DNA from: an uncultured Zetaproteobacteria bacterium
GTDB lineage: Bacteria > Pseudomonadota > Zetaproteobacteria > Mariprofundales > Mariprofundaceae
Reading direction: 5' to 3'
NCBI GenBank assembly: GCA_964503475.1
Contig: CAZCZU010000006.1
Coordinates: 18,610-82,609, forward strand
DNA: 64,000 nt
Every line of letters begins with the position of its first letter. The first letter of the stretch is position 1. The notes beneath the pieces are model-generated. The model did no database searches, had not been told where the DNA came from, and was given only the letters and a program-made list of their open reading frames with translations. Positions 20,402-31,531 of this stretch are shown here, in pieces. A program made the position numbers and the translations under genes.

Positions 20402-23400
20402 TCAACCACCTTCCGCAGCCGCATCCCGTTCCGCCTGCGGCTGTTTGGAGCGATCGAGAGCAATCAGCATGTAAACAGCCGGCACCACCAGCAGGGTGAA
20501 GATGGTGCCGATCGAGATGCCGGAGGCGATCACCAGCCCCATATCGAAGCGGGAGACCGCTCCCGCGCCGCTGGAGGTGATCAGCGGCACCACGCCCAGC
20601 ACCATCGCCGCCGTGGTCATCAGAATCGGACGCAGACGGATGGCAGCCGCCGCCTCGACCGCTTCGCGTTTGGATTTGCCGGCCAGCTGCAGGTTGTTGG
20701 CGAACTCGACAATCAGAATACCGTGCTTACTGATCAGGCCCATCAGGGTCACCAGCCCCACCTGGGTGTAGATGTTCAGTGTCGCACCACCCACGCCGAG
20801 ATAGATAAAGGCCAGCGCACCTGCGATCGACATCGGCACCGACACCAGAATGATCAGCGGATCGCGAAAACTCTCGAACTGGGCCGACAGCGCCAGGAAG
20901 ATGATGATCAGGGCGAAGGCAAAAGTGACCACGAAACCGCTCGACTCCTGCTCGAACTGGCGCGACTGCCCGGCATAACCGACCGAATAGCCGCTTGGCA
21001 GCGTGCGGTCGGCCAGGCCTTTCAGATAACCCAGCGCCTCGCCCAGCGTCACGCCCGGCATCGGCACCCCCTGGATGGTGGCAGCATTGAGCTGCTGGAA
21101 ATGGTTCAGCGACTCCGGCCTGGTCTGGTGGCTCAGATGCACCAGCGTGGCCAGCGGCACCGATGCACCGCTGGCCGTACGGATGTAGTAGTGCCTGAGC
21201 TGCTCCGGGTTGAGTCGATGGCGCTGCTCCACCTGCGGAATGACCTTGTAGGAGCGGCCGGAGAGACTGAAATAATTCACATAGCCGCCACCCAGCATCG
21301 CGGCGATGGCGTTGCCGACATCCTGCATGGTCAGCCCGAGCAGTGCCGCCTTGTCGCGGTCGATCTCGATGGTCGACTGCGGCAGATCGATGCGCAGATC
21401 CGAATCAATGAACATGAACCGGCCGCTCTTCTGCGCCTCCTGCAGGAAGGACTGGCTGATGGTATTCAGCTTACCGAACGGGTCGGTGGTACCGATGACG
21501 AACTGCACCGGCAGGCCGCGACTACCGGGCAGCGACGGTGGCTGGAAGGTCACCGTGCGTACCCCGGCCACCTGGTCGAGCTGCTGTTGTACCCCCGGCT
21601 GCAGTTCGCCGGCCGTCTTGTCCCGCTCATCCCATGGCGTAAGCACCATACCGGAGATCAGGCGCCCCGGCACATCGAGCTGGAAGACGTGATCGGTCTG
21701 AGGAAAGCCGGCATAGATCCGATAGATGCGGTCCATATAAGGCTGGCGCTGCTGCAGTGTCGAGTCGGGCGCCGAAGTCGAGGAAGCGATGATCACTCCC
21801 TGATCCTCCTGCGGGGCCAGCTCGTGCTTGGAGCCTGCATAGAAGAACCCGATGCTGAGCAGCACGATGACGGCGAAGGTGGCCGTCACCGGTACGTAAT
21901 CGAGCGAAGCGTGCAGGCTGCGGCTGTAGATACTGCGTACCATCTCGAAGCGGGCATCGATGAAGCGGATCAGGCGCGCTTCCCGGCCGGAATCGTCATC
22001 GTGATGCGGCTTGAGCAGGCGCGAGCACATCATCGGCGACAGCGTCAGGGCGATGATCGCCGACATCGCCACCGTACCGACCAGCGTGAAGGCGAACTCG
22101 GTGAACAACGCCCCGGTCAGGCCGCCCTGGAATCCGATCGGGATATAGACCGAAATCAGCACCGCCGTCATGGCCAGGATCGGCGTGGCCAGCTCACGCG
22201 CCCCCTGCAGGGCGGCATCCATCGGCTTCATCCCCTCTTCCAGGTGACGATTGACGTTCTCGACCACGATGATGGCATCGTCGACCACCAGGCCGATGGC
22301 CAGCACGAAGGCGAGCAGCGACAACAGATTGATTGAGAAGCCGAAAATCAGCATCACCGTGAAGGTGCCAACCAGCGACAAGGGAATGGCAACGATCGGG
22401 ATCAGCACCGAGCGCGGCGAGCCGAGAAAGACGAAGACCACCAGCACGATAATCACCATCGCCTCGCTCAGCGTCTTGACCACCTCATGGATGGAGCTGT
22501 TCACGAACTTGGTCGAGTCGTAGACGATCTTGCCATGGATACCCTGCGGCAGCTGCTCGGCAATCGAGGGGAAGACATCGCGCACCCCCTTCACCACATC
22601 GAGCAGGTTGGCCGCCGGCGCCACCTTGATACCGATATAGACCGCCTTTTTGCCGTCGAAAGCGACCTGCGACTGGTAATCATCAGCACCGAGCGTCACC
22701 CGCGCCACATCCTTGAGGCGGACAATGGCGCCGCCCTGCTGCTTGACGACCAGGTTCCGGAACTCATCCACCGAGTGCAGGTTGGTCGCGGCATTGAGGT
22801 TAATCCGGATCATCTGTCCCTTGGTGTTGCCGACACCGGAGAGGAAATTGTTCTGCGCCAGCGCGGCACTGATATCGGCCCCGGTCAGACCGTAGGCGGC
22901 CATCTTCTCCGGATCGAGCCAGGCACGCAGGGCGAAGTGCTTGCTGCCGAGGATCTCGGCCGTCTGCACGCCGTCCACCGCCTGCAGCTTCGGCTGCACA
23001 TTGCGCAGCAGATAGTCGGTGATGGCGTTGGAGGCAAGCACATCGCTGTAGAAGCCGATGTACATCGAATCGATCGACTGGCCGATACTGATCGTCATCA
23101 CCGGTTTCTGCGCCTGCGGCGGCAGCTGGTTGAGTACGGCGCTGATCTGGGCATTCATCTCGGTCAGCGCCTTGTCGGAGTCGTAGTTGAGTTTCAGCTT
23201 GGCGGTGATGGTGCTGGTGCTGTTGGTGCTCATGCTGGTCATGTAGTCGATGCCGTTGACCTGGGCGATGGCATTCTCCAGCGGCGTGGTGATGAAGCCG
23301 GCCACCAGATCGGGGTCGGCACCGTAATAGGTGGTGCTGACGGTGATCTCGGCGTTCTCGGTGCGCGGGAACTGCAGCACCGGCAGGATGCCGAACGAAC

Positions 23401-23479
23401 GCAGCCCCAGCACCAGCAGCAGCAGACTCAACACCGTGGCCAGCACCGGGCGGCGGATGAAAATATCGGTAAACTTCAT
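20402..23479 (-). CDS. RND-family efflux pump, inner-membrane transporter (AcrB/MdtB-like)
   Basis: 1025 aa. MKFTDIFIRRPVLATVLSLLLLVLG N-terminus and the 12-TM / two-large-loop architecture typical of HAE1 RND pumps. Confidence 0.95.
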   Translation of the reverse strand: MKFTDIFIRRPVLATVLSLLLLVLGLRSFGILPVLQFPRTENAEITVSTTYYGADPDLVAGFITTPLENAIAQVNGIDYMTSMSTNSTSTITAKLKLNYDSDKALTEMNAQISAVLNQLPPQAQKPVMTISIGQSIDSMYIGFYSDVLASNAITDYLLRNVQPKLQAVDGVQTAEILGSKHFALRAWLDPEKMAAYGLTGADISAALAQNNFLSGVGNTKGQMIRINLNAATNLHSVDEFRNLVVKQQGGAIVRLKDVARVTLGADDYQSQVAFDGKKAVYIGIKVAPAANLLDVVKGVRDVFPSIAEQLPQGIHGKIVYDSTKFVNSSIHEVVKTLSEAMVIIVLVVFVFLGSPRSVLIPIVAIPLSLVGTFTVMLIFGFSINLLSLLAFVLAIGLVVDDAIIVVENVNRHLEEGMKPMDAALQGARELATPILAMTAVLISVYIPIGFQGGLTGALFTEFAFTLVGTVAMSAIIALTLSPMMCSRLLKPHHDDDSGREARLIRFIDARFEMVRSIYSRSLHASLDYVPVTATFAVIVLLSIGFFYAGSKHELAPQEDQGVIIASSTSAPDSTLQQRQPYMDRIYRIYAGFPQTDHVFQLDVPGRLISGMVLTPWDERDKTAGELQPGVQQQLDQVAGVRTVTFQPPSLPGSRGLPVQFVIGTTDPFGKLNTISQSFLQEAQKSGRFMFIDSDLRIDLPQSTIEIDRDKAALLGLTMQDVGNAIAAMLGGGYVNYFSLSGRSYKVIPQVEQRHRLNPEQLRHYYIRTASGASVPLATLVHLSHQTRPESLNHFQQLNAATIQGVPMPGVTLGEALGYLKGLADRTLPSGYSVGYAGQSRQFEQESSGFVVTFAFALIIIFLALSAQFESFRDPLIILVSVPMSIAGALAFIYLGVGGATLNIYTQVGLVTLMGLISKHGILIVEFANNLQLAGKSKREAVEAAAAIRLRPILMTTAAMVLGVVPLITSSGAGAVSRFDMGLVIASGISIGTIFTLLVVPAVYMLIALDRSKQPQAERDAAAEGG

Positions 23480-23488
23480 GACACGTCC

Positions 23489-24619
23489 CTAATCCTCGCT
23501 CGGCGTCGGATTGGGATCGTTGGCCGGCTGGATAGCATTGTTCACCTTGATCACCGAGCCGTTGTGCAGCTTGATCTGGCCGCTGGTCACCACGGTATCG
23601 CCCTCGTTCAGCCCCTTGAGGATCGCCACCTGATCGCCACGCCTGTCACCGGTGGTAACGAACACCTGCTTCGCCACCCGTTTCGGCTCGCCCTTACCAT
23701 CGCTGCCCGCCGTCTCGACCCGGTAGACGATGGTGCCGAAGGGATGGTAGGTGACCGCCGTCTGCGGCAGTGTGACATGGCGCTCGGGCTTACCGGTGAC
23801 CACCTCGACATGGGCGTACATCCCCGGCAGCAGTGCCTTGTCGGGATTGGCCAGCCGGGCGCGCACCTTGATGTTGCGGGTGGCCGTATCGACCTTGGGA
23901 TCGATCACCTCGATGGTGCCTTCGAAGCTGCGCTCCGGCCAGGCATCGGTGGTCACCGTCACCGTCTGATCGATATGCAGCCGGGCCAGCACTTGTTGCG
24001 GCACCAGAAAATCGACATAGATCGGATCGAGTGCCTGCAGCGTCACCAGCACATCGCCGGCCCGCACATACTGGCCGAGATCGACGGCTCGCACGCCGAC
24101 GCGCCCGTCGAACGGGGCGCGAATCCGCTTCTTGTCGACCACGGCCTGCTGCTCGTCCACATTGGCCCGCGCCTGCTTCAGCTGGGCCCGGTCGGCATCG
24201 ACCGTCTGCTGGCTGACCGCCTGCACCTTCAGTTGCTCCCGGTCGCGGTCGTAGGTGACCTTCGCCAGCTCCGCCACGGCCTGCAGCGCATGCAGGCGGG
24301 CGATATCGCTGCTGGCATCGATATCGAACAGCGGCGTGCCTGCCCTGATATCGTCACCCTGTTTAAAATGGATGCCGGTGACGGTACCCGGCAGTTCGGA
24401 GCTGAGATCGGCACCGCGCATGGCGCTGATACTGCCGACCGCCTGCAGGCTCGGCTGCCACTGGTCGAAGGCCGCCTGCATCGTCGACACCGTCTGCACC
24501 GGTGCACCGCGCTTGGCCATCTGCTGGCCCATCATGTAGCCCTGCCAGAACTTGAAGCCGAAGATAGCGCCGAAAACCAGCGCCACCACGGCAAGCATGA
24601 TAATCATCCGTTTTGTCAT
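23489..24619 (-). CDS. RND efflux periplasmic adaptor (membrane fusion protein)
   Basis: Start chosen at ATG 24619 (MTKRMIIMLAVVALVF, TM anchor). The ORF-track start at 25030 would run antisense-free into the upstream OMF gene and is rejected. HlyD/biotinyl-lipoyl-like motifs present. Confidence 0.9.
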   Translation of the reverse strand: MTKRMIIMLAVVALVFGAIFGFKFWQGYMMGQQMAKRGAPVQTVSTMQAAFDQWQPSLQAVGSISAMRGADLSSELPGTVTGIHFKQGDDIRAGTPLFDIDASSDIARLHALQAVAELAKVTYDRDREQLKVQAVSQQTVDADRAQLKQARANVDEQQAVVDKKRIRAPFDGRVGVRAVDLGQYVRAGDVLVTLQALDPIYVDFLVPQQVLARLHIDQTVTVTTDAWPERSFEGTIEVIDPKVDTATRNIKVRARLANPDKALLPGMYAHVEVVTGKPERHVTLPQTAVTYHPFGTIVYRVETAGSDGKGEPKRVAKQVFVTTGDRRGDQVAILKGLNEGDTVVTSGQIKLHNGSVIKVNNAIQPANDPNPTPSED

Positions 24620-24650
24620 GGCTCTCTTCTCCCCGGCCGGCGAAGCTGCA

Positions 24651-26114
24651 TCACGGTTGCTTCTCCACCGCCTTGTCTCGATTCCACCAGCCGCCGCCCA
24701 GGGCCTGGAACAGGGCCGCCGTATCGGCATAACGATCGGCCCTCGCCTGCACGAAGGCGATGCGGGCCTGCTGATAGACGCGCTCGGCATCGAGCCGCGC
24801 CAGGTAGCTGATCGCCCCCACCCTGAACTGCCGTTGCGCCAGGTCGCGGCTGCGCTGTGCCGCCTGCCGGGCCGCATCGCGAGCGGCCAGTGTCTCGGTA
24901 TCGGACTCCAGCACCCGCAGCACATCGGCCACGTTGCGGAAGGCGGCCAGCACCGTACTGCGGTAGCGGGCCGCCGCCTCGTCGAAGGCTGCGATGGCCG
25001 CCTTGCGCCGGTGCTGAAGCTCGCCGCCACGGAACAGCGGCTGCACCAGCCCCGCCCCCATGTTCCAGATCATGCTGTCGGCGGTGAACAGCTGCCCCGG
25101 CTGGGTGCCGACGGTGCCGTAGGAGCCGGTCAGGGTCAGTTGCGGCAGCATATTGGCCGTCGCCACACCCACCTCGGCGCTGGCCGCATGCAGCCGGGCT
25201 TCCGCTGCCCGGATATCGGGGCGCTGGGCGACCAGGCTCGATGGCAGGGAGAGCGGCAACTCCCCCGGCAACTGCAGCGCCGACAGATCGAAGCGTTCAT
25301 CCGTATCATCGCTGCCGGCAATGCGGCCGGTCAGTGCCGCCAGCTGGTTACGGATCAGTGCCAGCTGCTTTTTCAGCTCCGGCAGGGCGGCACGGGTATC
25401 GGCCAGGCGTGCTTCACCGGCAAGAAGATCGGAGCGGCTGGCACCGCCCAGCTCCAGCTGCCGTCGCAGCATCTTCAGCTGCGCCTCGTCGGCGGCAATC
25501 ATCGCGCGGGTCGCATCGATGCGGGCGCGCAGCGAGGCCTCCTGCAGTGCCGCCGTTACCACATTGGCAGTGACGGTCAGCCAGGCGGCCTCCAACTGTT
25601 CATGGCGCAAATCGGCCTCTGCCTGCAGCAACTCGATCTGCCGACGGGTGCCGCCGAACAGGTCGATACCGTAGGAGACATCGACCGAGGCGTTGTAGAG
25701 CGTGTAACGGGAACTGCCGTTACCGGGCTGACCGAACTGGGCGAACGAGACCTTCTGGCGCCGGGCACCGGCGGCAGCATCGATTTCGGGCAGCAGCCGG
25801 CCACCGGCTGCGGCGACATTCTCGCGCGCCTGTCGCAACGACGCCTCGGCGGCCTGCAGATCCGGATTGTGTTCGATGGCCCGGCGGACCAGGACATTGA
25901 GGGCCGGCGAGTGGAACAGCTGCCACCAGCGGGCCGGAATATCGCCCCCCTTCACCCACTGCTGGCTTTCGCCATCGGCGATCAGGGGCTGCGGCAACCG
26001 GCTATCGGTTTTCGGCGCTTTCGGAGGCTGAAAATCGGGGCCGACGGCACAGCCGGCCGGCAACAGTATCAGCACTGTCAGCCAGATAATGCCTATGGAA
26101 CTCCTCACCGGCAT
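24651..26114 (-). CDS. RND efflux outer-membrane factor lipoprotein (NodT/OprM family)
   Basis: 487 aa. Lipobox LLPAGC followed by AVGPDFQPP, the typical NodT-family N-terminus. First gene of an OMF-MFP-RND operon. Confidence 0.9.
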   Translation of the reverse strand: MPVRSSIGIIWLTVLILLPAGCAVGPDFQPPKAPKTDSRLPQPLIADGESQQWVKGGDIPARWWQLFHSPALNVLVRRAIEHNPDLQAAEASLRQARENVAAAGGRLLPEIDAAAGARRQKVSFAQFGQPGNGSSRYTLYNASVDVSYGIDLFGGTRRQIELLQAEADLRHEQLEAAWLTVTANVVTAALQEASLRARIDATRAMIAADEAQLKMLRRQLELGGASRSDLLAGEARLADTRAALPELKKQLALIRNQLAALTGRIAGSDDTDERFDLSALQLPGELPLSLPSSLVAQRPDIRAAEARLHAASAEVGVATANMLPQLTLTGSYGTVGTQPGQLFTADSMIWNMGAGLVQPLFRGGELQHRRKAAIAAFDEAAARYRSTVLAAFRNVADVLRVLESDTETLAARDAARQAAQRSRDLAQRQFRVGAISYLARLDAERVYQQARIAFVQARADRYADTAALFQALGGGWWNRDKAVEKQP

Positions 26115-26324
26115 GACACTCCTTCTCCGGTGCGGGGCGAAGGGCCTTGGCCATCACCAGGCGAACCGGAATGCCCCCAGCAGTATAGACGACTGAAAAA
26201 ACAAGGAGGTGTCGGCCTGCGGACAGCGCCGGATCACCCTGTCGGAAGCGGGGAACAGCTGCTCCCGCTCCGGTATTGCTGCCAAAAGCAGTCGAATGAA
26301 ACGGCTGAAAAGAGAGACGGAGCG

Positions 26325-26768
26325 CTATTCGGAAAAGCGGATACGATCCTCGATGGCGTCCATGTCGACATCCTTCTCGGAGATCACCTCGTCCCGCATG
26401 CTGATCCCTGCCTCGACCACGCTCTCCGAGGAGCCTGAGATGAGCGGATGCCACGCCTCCAGCGGGCTACCCTCGTAGCGCAGCCGGTAGGCGCAGGTGC
26501 TCGGTAACAGCGGGAACACCGCTTCGTTCTCCAGCGAGATGATCAGGCAGTCGGGCACCTTGGCCTTGCGGTTGGTGTAATCGCTGCAACGGCAGGTGGC
26601 AACATCGAGCAGGCGGCAGGCGACATCGGTGTAGAGGATCTCATCCGTCTCTTCATCCTGAAACTTGTGCAGACAGCAGCGACCGCATCCGTCGCAGAGT
26701 GCCTCCCACTCCGCGTGGGTCAGTTCATTCAGCGGCAACTCCCAGAATTGCTTTCTCAATTCACTCAT
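26325..26768 (-). CDS. YcgN-family (UPF0260) cysteine-cluster protein
   Basis: 147 aa with the [11 protein letters not shown] and CRLLD...CRCSDY cysteine pattern. Overlaps the uup stop. Confidence 0.8.
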   Translation of the reverse strand: MSELRKQFWELPLNELTHAEWEALCDGCGRCCLHKFQDEETDEILYTDVACRLLDVATCRCSDYTNRKAKVPDCLIISLENEAVFPLLPSTCAYRLRYEGSPLEAWHPLISGSSESVVEAGISMRDEVISEKDVDMDAIEDRIRFSE

Positions 26769-28666
26769 GCTGCCAACTCCGCCTGCTTGGCCTCCAGCGC
26801 ATCCCAGCGCTCGTAGGCCTCGCTTAACTCTTTCTCCAGCGCATTCAACCGCTGCTGGTCTTTCTGGAATGCTTCCGCATCACGGGTGAAGTAGTCCGGA
26901 TCGCAGAAGCGCTCTTCGATCCCGGCCTTCTCCGCCTCCAGTTTCTCGATCAGCTCCGGCAGTCCGTCCAGTTCGCGCTGCTCTTTATAGGAGAGCTTGG
27001 TCTGCACCTTGGCGGCTTTCGGCTTCTCCACCGGCTTCGCCTTCCCGGTCGGCTGCTCCACCACCTGCTTCGCCTTCCAGATGGCATAGTCGGACCAGCC
27101 GCCCTCGATCGGCACGATCCGGCCCTCGCCCTCGAAGGCGAGCACGCGCGAGACGACACGATCCATGAAGGCACGATCATGCGACACCAGGATGACGGTG
27201 CCATCGTATTTGGCCAGCGCACCCTCGAGCACGGCCAGGGTGCCGATATCGAGATCGTTGGTCGGCTCATCGAGTACCAGGAGATTGGCCGGCTCCAGCA
27301 GCAGGCGTGCCAGGAGCAGGCGCCCGCGCTCGCCACCGGAGAGGGCCGCCACCGGCGCATTGAGCCGCTCCTTGTCGAACAGGAAATCCTGCAGGTAGCT
27401 GACGATATGGCGCGGCTCGACACCGGCAATATGCACATAGTTGCCGCCCTGCGGCAGCAGCACATCCTTGATCCGCTTCTTCGGATCGAGCTCGCGCATC
27501 TGGGTCAGGAAAGCGGGTTGCAGGCGCACACCATGCCGGATGCGCCCCGCTTCGGGCTGCAGGTCACCCAGCATGATTTTCAGGATCGTCGTCTTGCCGA
27601 TGCCGTTGGGGCCGACCAGGCCGATGCGGTCGCCGGCCATGATTTTGGTGTTGAAGTGATCGGCGATTACCTTGTCGCCAAACGTATGACCGACATCGAC
27701 CGCCTCGATCAGCATCTTGCCCAGCTTGATGCCGGAGGCGACGCGCAGTTCGACGTCACCCGAACGCAGGCGACGCTCGGATCGCTGCCTGCGCAGGTCT
27801 TCCAGAGCCCGTACACGCCCTTCGTTGCGGGTACGGCGGGCGGGAATCCCCTGCCGGATCCAGCGCTCCTCGCCGGCCAGTACGCGGTCAAACTTGCGGT
27901 GCTGCCGCTCCTCGATGGCCAGTATCTCAGCCTTCTTCTCCAGATACTCGGCATAGCCGCAATAAAAATGCGCCACCTTGCCGCGGTCGAGCTCGACGAT
28001 CTCCTCGGCCACGGCATCGAGGAAGTAGCGGTCATGGGTAATGAACAGCACCGCGCCCGGGAAACCGGCCACGAACTCCTCCAGCCATTCGATGGAGGCG
28101 ATATCGAGATGGTTGGTCGGCTCATCGAGCAGCAACACGTCCGGCTCGGCAACCACGGCACGGGCAAGCGCCACCCGGCGCTGCCAGCCGCCGGAGAGCT
28201 GGCCGACATCGAGGTCGGCATCGAGTCCCAATTTGGAGATCGCCGTCTCGATCCGGGCCGTGTAGCGCCAGGCATCCATGCGCTCCAGCTCCGACTGCAA
28301 GGTATCGAGCCTTTTGAGCGCCGCCTCGCTGGCATCCGCCTGCACGGCCTGCATGGCGGCGTGATACGCCTCAAGGGCTGCCGCCACCTCGCCCAACCCT
28401 TCGGCCACGACATGAAACACCGTCTGGCCCGGTTCGAAACGCGGCTCCTGCGGCAGGTAGGCGATGGAGGCGCCGCTTCTCAGGGTGGTCTCGCCACTGT
28501 CGGCCTCGACGATCCCGGCCATGATCTTGAGCAGGGTCGATTTGCCCTCGCCGTTGCGGCCGATAAGCCCGATACGCGCTCCCCGGCCGACCGTCAGGCC
28601 GACGTCGTCGAGCAGTACCTGCGGGCCGAAGGCCTTGGATAAATGGTTGAGGATCATCAGTGGCAT
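26765..28666 (-). CDS. uup: ABC-F family ATPase (Uup-like)
   Basis: 633 aa with two ABC cassettes ([12 protein letters not shown] and [12 protein letters not shown] Walker A; two LSGG signatures) plus a C-terminal coiled-coil tail. No TM domains. Confidence 0.85.
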   Translation of the reverse strand: MPLMILNHLSKAFGPQVLLDDVGLTVGRGARIGLIGRNGEGKSTLLKIMAGIVEADSGETTLRSGASIAYLPQEPRFEPGQTVFHVVAEGLGEVAAALEAYHAAMQAVQADASEAALKRLDTLQSELERMDAWRYTARIETAISKLGLDADLDVGQLSGGWQRRVALARAVVAEPDVLLLDEPTNHLDIASIEWLEEFVAGFPGAVLFITHDRYFLDAVAEEIVELDRGKVAHFYCGYAEYLEKKAEILAIEERQHRKFDRVLAGEERWIRQGIPARRTRNEGRVRALEDLRRQRSERRLRSGDVELRVASGIKLGKMLIEAVDVGHTFGDKVIADHFNTKIMAGDRIGLVGPNGIGKTTILKIMLGDLQPEAGRIRHGVRLQPAFLTQMRELDPKKRIKDVLLPQGGNYVHIAGVEPRHIVSYLQDFLFDKERLNAPVAALSGGERGRLLLARLLLEPANLLVLDEPTNDLDIGTLAVLEGALAKYDGTVILVSHDRAFMDRVVSRVLAFEGEGRIVPIEGGWSDYAIWKAKQVVEQPTGKAKPVEKPKAAKVQTKLSYKEQRELDGLPELIEKLEAEKAGIEERFCDPDYFTRDAEAFQKDQQRLNALEKELSEAYERWDALEAKQAELAA

Positions 28667-28744
28667 GGCGGCATCCTACAGATGCCGCACCCTTCCGGCG
28701 ATGCATCAGCGTAATGGCCCCGCATCGTCTATGCTCCTATCATC

Positions 28745-30130
28745 ATGAGAACGGGGTCCATGCGCATCACCATCAGCCTGTTTCTGCTGCTCTGCGGGGC
28801 GGCTGTGGCCATATCCGCCGGCGCACGTAACGAAGTACGTCTGCTCGATATCCATGGAGCCATCGGCCCTGCCGTGGCCGATTACGTCGACCGGGGACTA
28901 AACGATGCCAGCAAGGCCAACGATGCAGCGGTGATCCTGCGCCTCGACACCCCCGGCGGCCTGGATGCCTCGATGCGCGACATCATCCGCAACATCCTGG
29001 CCTCCGATGTACCGGTGATCGCCTGGGTGGCCCCGAACGGGGCACGCGCCGCCAGCGCCGGCACCTATATTCTTTATGCCTCCCATATCGCCGCCATGAG
29101 CCCCGCCTCCAATCTGGGTGCGGCCACGCCGGTGCAGATCGGCGGCATGCCGGAAGCACCGAAGCCGGGCAACGCCCCGCAAGTGGATAACAAAGCGAAA
29201 AAATCGGCGGACGACGGCAACACCATGCATCGCAAGATGACCAACGATGCCGTCGCCTATATCCGGGGACTGGCCGACATGCGCGGGCGCAATGCCGACT
29301 GGGCCGAGAAAGCGGTGCGCGAAGCGGCCAGTCTCTCGGCCACGGCAGCCGTGAAGCAACATGTCGTCGACCTGATCGCCGCCGATATCCCCGCCCTGCT
29401 CAAGGCGGTGGACGGACGCACGGTGGATACGGCCGCCGGGCCGCGCACGCTGCATACAAAAGATGCACAGATCATCCATGCCGAGCCCGACTGGCGCAGC
29501 GAACTTCTGGCTGTCATCACCGACCCGAACATCGCCTACCTGTTGATGCTGCTCGGCTTCTACGGCCTCTTCTTCGAAATGATGAATCCCGGCTTCATCC
29601 TGCCGGGGGTGGTGGGCGCCATCTGCCTGCTGCTGGCCATGTTCGCCTTCCAGGTGCTGCCGATCAATTACGCCGGCCTGGGGCTGATCCTGCTCGGCAT
29701 CGCCTTCATGGTGGCCGAGGTGTTCGTGCCCAGCTTCGGTGCGCTCGGCATCGGCGGGCTGACCGCCTTCGTCATCGGCTCGATCATCCTGCTCGACACC
29801 GATGCCCCCGGCTATTCGATCTCGCTCGGCCTCATCGCGGGGCTGGGCCTGGCCAGCGCCCTCTTCTTCATCACCGTGGCCGGCATGGTGCTCAAGGCAC
29901 GCCGTAACCCGGTGATCAGCGGGCCTGAGGAGATGATCGGCCTGACCGGGCGGGCGGTGGATGATTTCAGCGACGGGCATGGCCACGTGCATGTGCATGG
30001 CGAGATATGGCAGGCCGTCGCCGCTCAAACCGTCGCAAAAGATATGCCCGTCCGGGTCACGGCCATGCACGACCTGACCCTGAGCATCGAACCTGTCAGC
30101 CAATCCACTTCAGAGGAGCCACCGTCATGA
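28745..30130 (+). CDS. NfeD-family membrane-bound ClpP-class serine protease
   Basis: 461 aa: signal peptide, ClpP-like domain, several TM helices and a C-terminal OB-like NfeD domain. Paired with a downstream SPFH gene. Confidence 0.85.
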   Translation: MRTGSMRITISLFLLLCGAAVAISAGARNEVRLLDIHGAIGPAVADYVDRGLNDASKANDAAVILRLDTPGGLDASMRDIIRNILASDVPVIAWVAPNGARAASAGTYILYASHIAAMSPASNLGAATPVQIGGMPEAPKPGNAPQVDNKAKKSADDGNTMHRKMTNDAVAYIRGLADMRGRNADWAEKAVREAASLSATAAVKQHVVDLIAADIPALLKAVDGRTVDTAAGPRTLHTKDAQIIHAEPDWRSELLAVITDPNIAYLLMLLGFYGLFFEMMNPGFILPGVVGAICLLLAMFAFQVLPINYAGLGLILLGIAFMVAEVFVPSFGALGIGGLTAFVIGSIILLDTDAPGYSISLGLIAGLGLASALFFITVAGMVLKARRNPVISGPEEMIGLTGRAVDDFSDGHGHVHVHGEIWQAVAAQTVAKDMPVRVTAMHDLTLSIEPVSQSTSEEPPS

Positions 30131-30885
30131 GCTACTTTTTGCTATTCACCCTCGTCTTCATCGCCATCATTATCATCTCCGCCTTCCGGGTGCTGCGCGA
30201 ATACGAGCGCGGCGTCGTATTCATGCTCGGACGCTTCTGGAAGGTGAAGGGCCCGGGCCTGATCCTGATCATCCCGGTGATCCAGCAGATGGTGCGCGTC
30301 GACATGCGCACCTTCGTCTTCGACGTGCCGACCCAGGATGTGATCAGCCGCGACAATGTCTCGGTCAAGGTCAATGCCGTGCTCTACTTCCGGGTCGTCG
30401 ACTCGCAGAAGGCGATCATCCATGTCGAGAATTTCTTCGATGCCACAAGCCAGCTGGCACAGACGACGCTGCGCAGCGTACTGGGCCAGCACGAGCTGGA
30501 CGAGATGCTGGCCGAGCGCGACAAGCTCAATGCCGACATCCAGAAGATTCTCGATGCCCAGACCGATGCCTGGGGCATCAAGGTGGCCAATGTCGAGATC
30601 AAGCATGTCGACCTGGACGAAAGCATGATCCGGGCCATCGCCCGCCAGGCCGAGGCCGAACGCGAACGGCGCGCCAAGGTGATCCATGCCGAGGGCGAGC
30701 AGCAGGCCTCGGCAAGGCTGCTGGAGGCGGCCCAGACCCTGGCTAAACAACCGCAAAGCCTGCAGCTGCGTTACCTGCAGACCCTGACCGAGATCGCAGC
30801 CGAAAAGAACTCGACCATCGTCTTCCCGCTGCCGATGGACATGATCCAGCCGCTGCTCGATCTCGCCTCACGGGCGAAGCGCTGA
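30127..30885 (+). CDS. SPFH/stomatin-family protein (QmcA/YbbK-like)
   Basis: Start ATG 30127 overlaps the NfeD stop (ATGA). An N-terminal TM helix is followed by [17 protein letters not shown], the prohibitin-homology signature. Confidence 0.9.
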   Translation: MSYFLLFTLVFIAIIIISAFRVLREYERGVVFMLGRFWKVKGPGLILIIPVIQQMVRVDMRTFVFDVPTQDVISRDNVSVKVNAVLYFRVVDSQKAIIHVENFFDATSQLAQTTLRSVLGQHELDEMLAERDKLNADIQKILDAQTDAWGIKVANVEIKHVDLDESMIRAIARQAEAERERRAKVIHAEGEQQASARLLEAAQTLAKQPQSLQLRYLQTLTEIAAEKNSTIVFPLPMDMIQPLLDLASRAKR

Positions 30886-30964
30886 TCGCCCTGCCGCGTC
30901 GGCAAGCCGCATCAACGGACGTTGCGGTGTCGACTCGCCCCGCCGCGCTGTTACACTCCGGCGG

Positions 30965-31531
30965 ATGACCTTTTCGGCCTGCGTGCAGCCAGTCAACCGG
31001 CAGCTCCGCCATCTTGCGGCGGCGGCACTGCTGCTGCTGTGCCAGAACGGGCAGGCGGTGGCCGACGATATACCGCTGCTGCAGATCGATCACTCAGGCC
31101 CCGTCATCTACTGCGATGTCGGCCCGATCGCCGACCGCAAGCAGTTTGTGCGCATCCTCAACGAGGGTACGCCGCTGACCATCACCTGGAAACTGACCAT
31201 CGAGCGGGTACGCAACTACCTGCCCGACGAGGAGATCGGTACGGTCACCCTGATTCGTCAGGCGATCCCGGACCTGGTGACACGCAGCTGGCAGGTGACC
31301 GACAGCAACAGCGATATCAGCCGCAGGGTCGCCAGTGCCGGGGATGCTGCCGACTTCCTGGCCACCATCAGCCACTTTCCGGTCATCGACCGCAGTCTAT
31401 TGAAGGCGGATGAGACCTACGTCATCACCGCCACCGTCCACATCGACGAAGGCATCACCGAAGCATCGTGGTGGCGTGATCTGATCCGCTTCGGCAAAAC
31501 CGTCGCCAGCGGGGAACTGCAACTGCCATGA
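30965..31531 (+). CDS. DUF4390-like periplasmic protein preceding ntrY
   Basis: 188 aa with a signal-like N-terminus. Called mainly from the conserved position immediately upstream of, and overlapping, an ntrY-type kinase gene. Confidence 0.55.
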   Translation: MTFSACVQPVNRQLRHLAAAALLLLCQNGQAVADDIPLLQIDHSGPVIYCDVGPIADRKQFVRILNEGTPLTITWKLTIERVRNYLPDEEIGTVTLIRQAIPDLVTRSWQVTDSNSDISRRVASAGDAADFLATISHFPVIDRSLLKADETYVITATVHIDEGITEASWWRDLIRFGKTVASGELQLP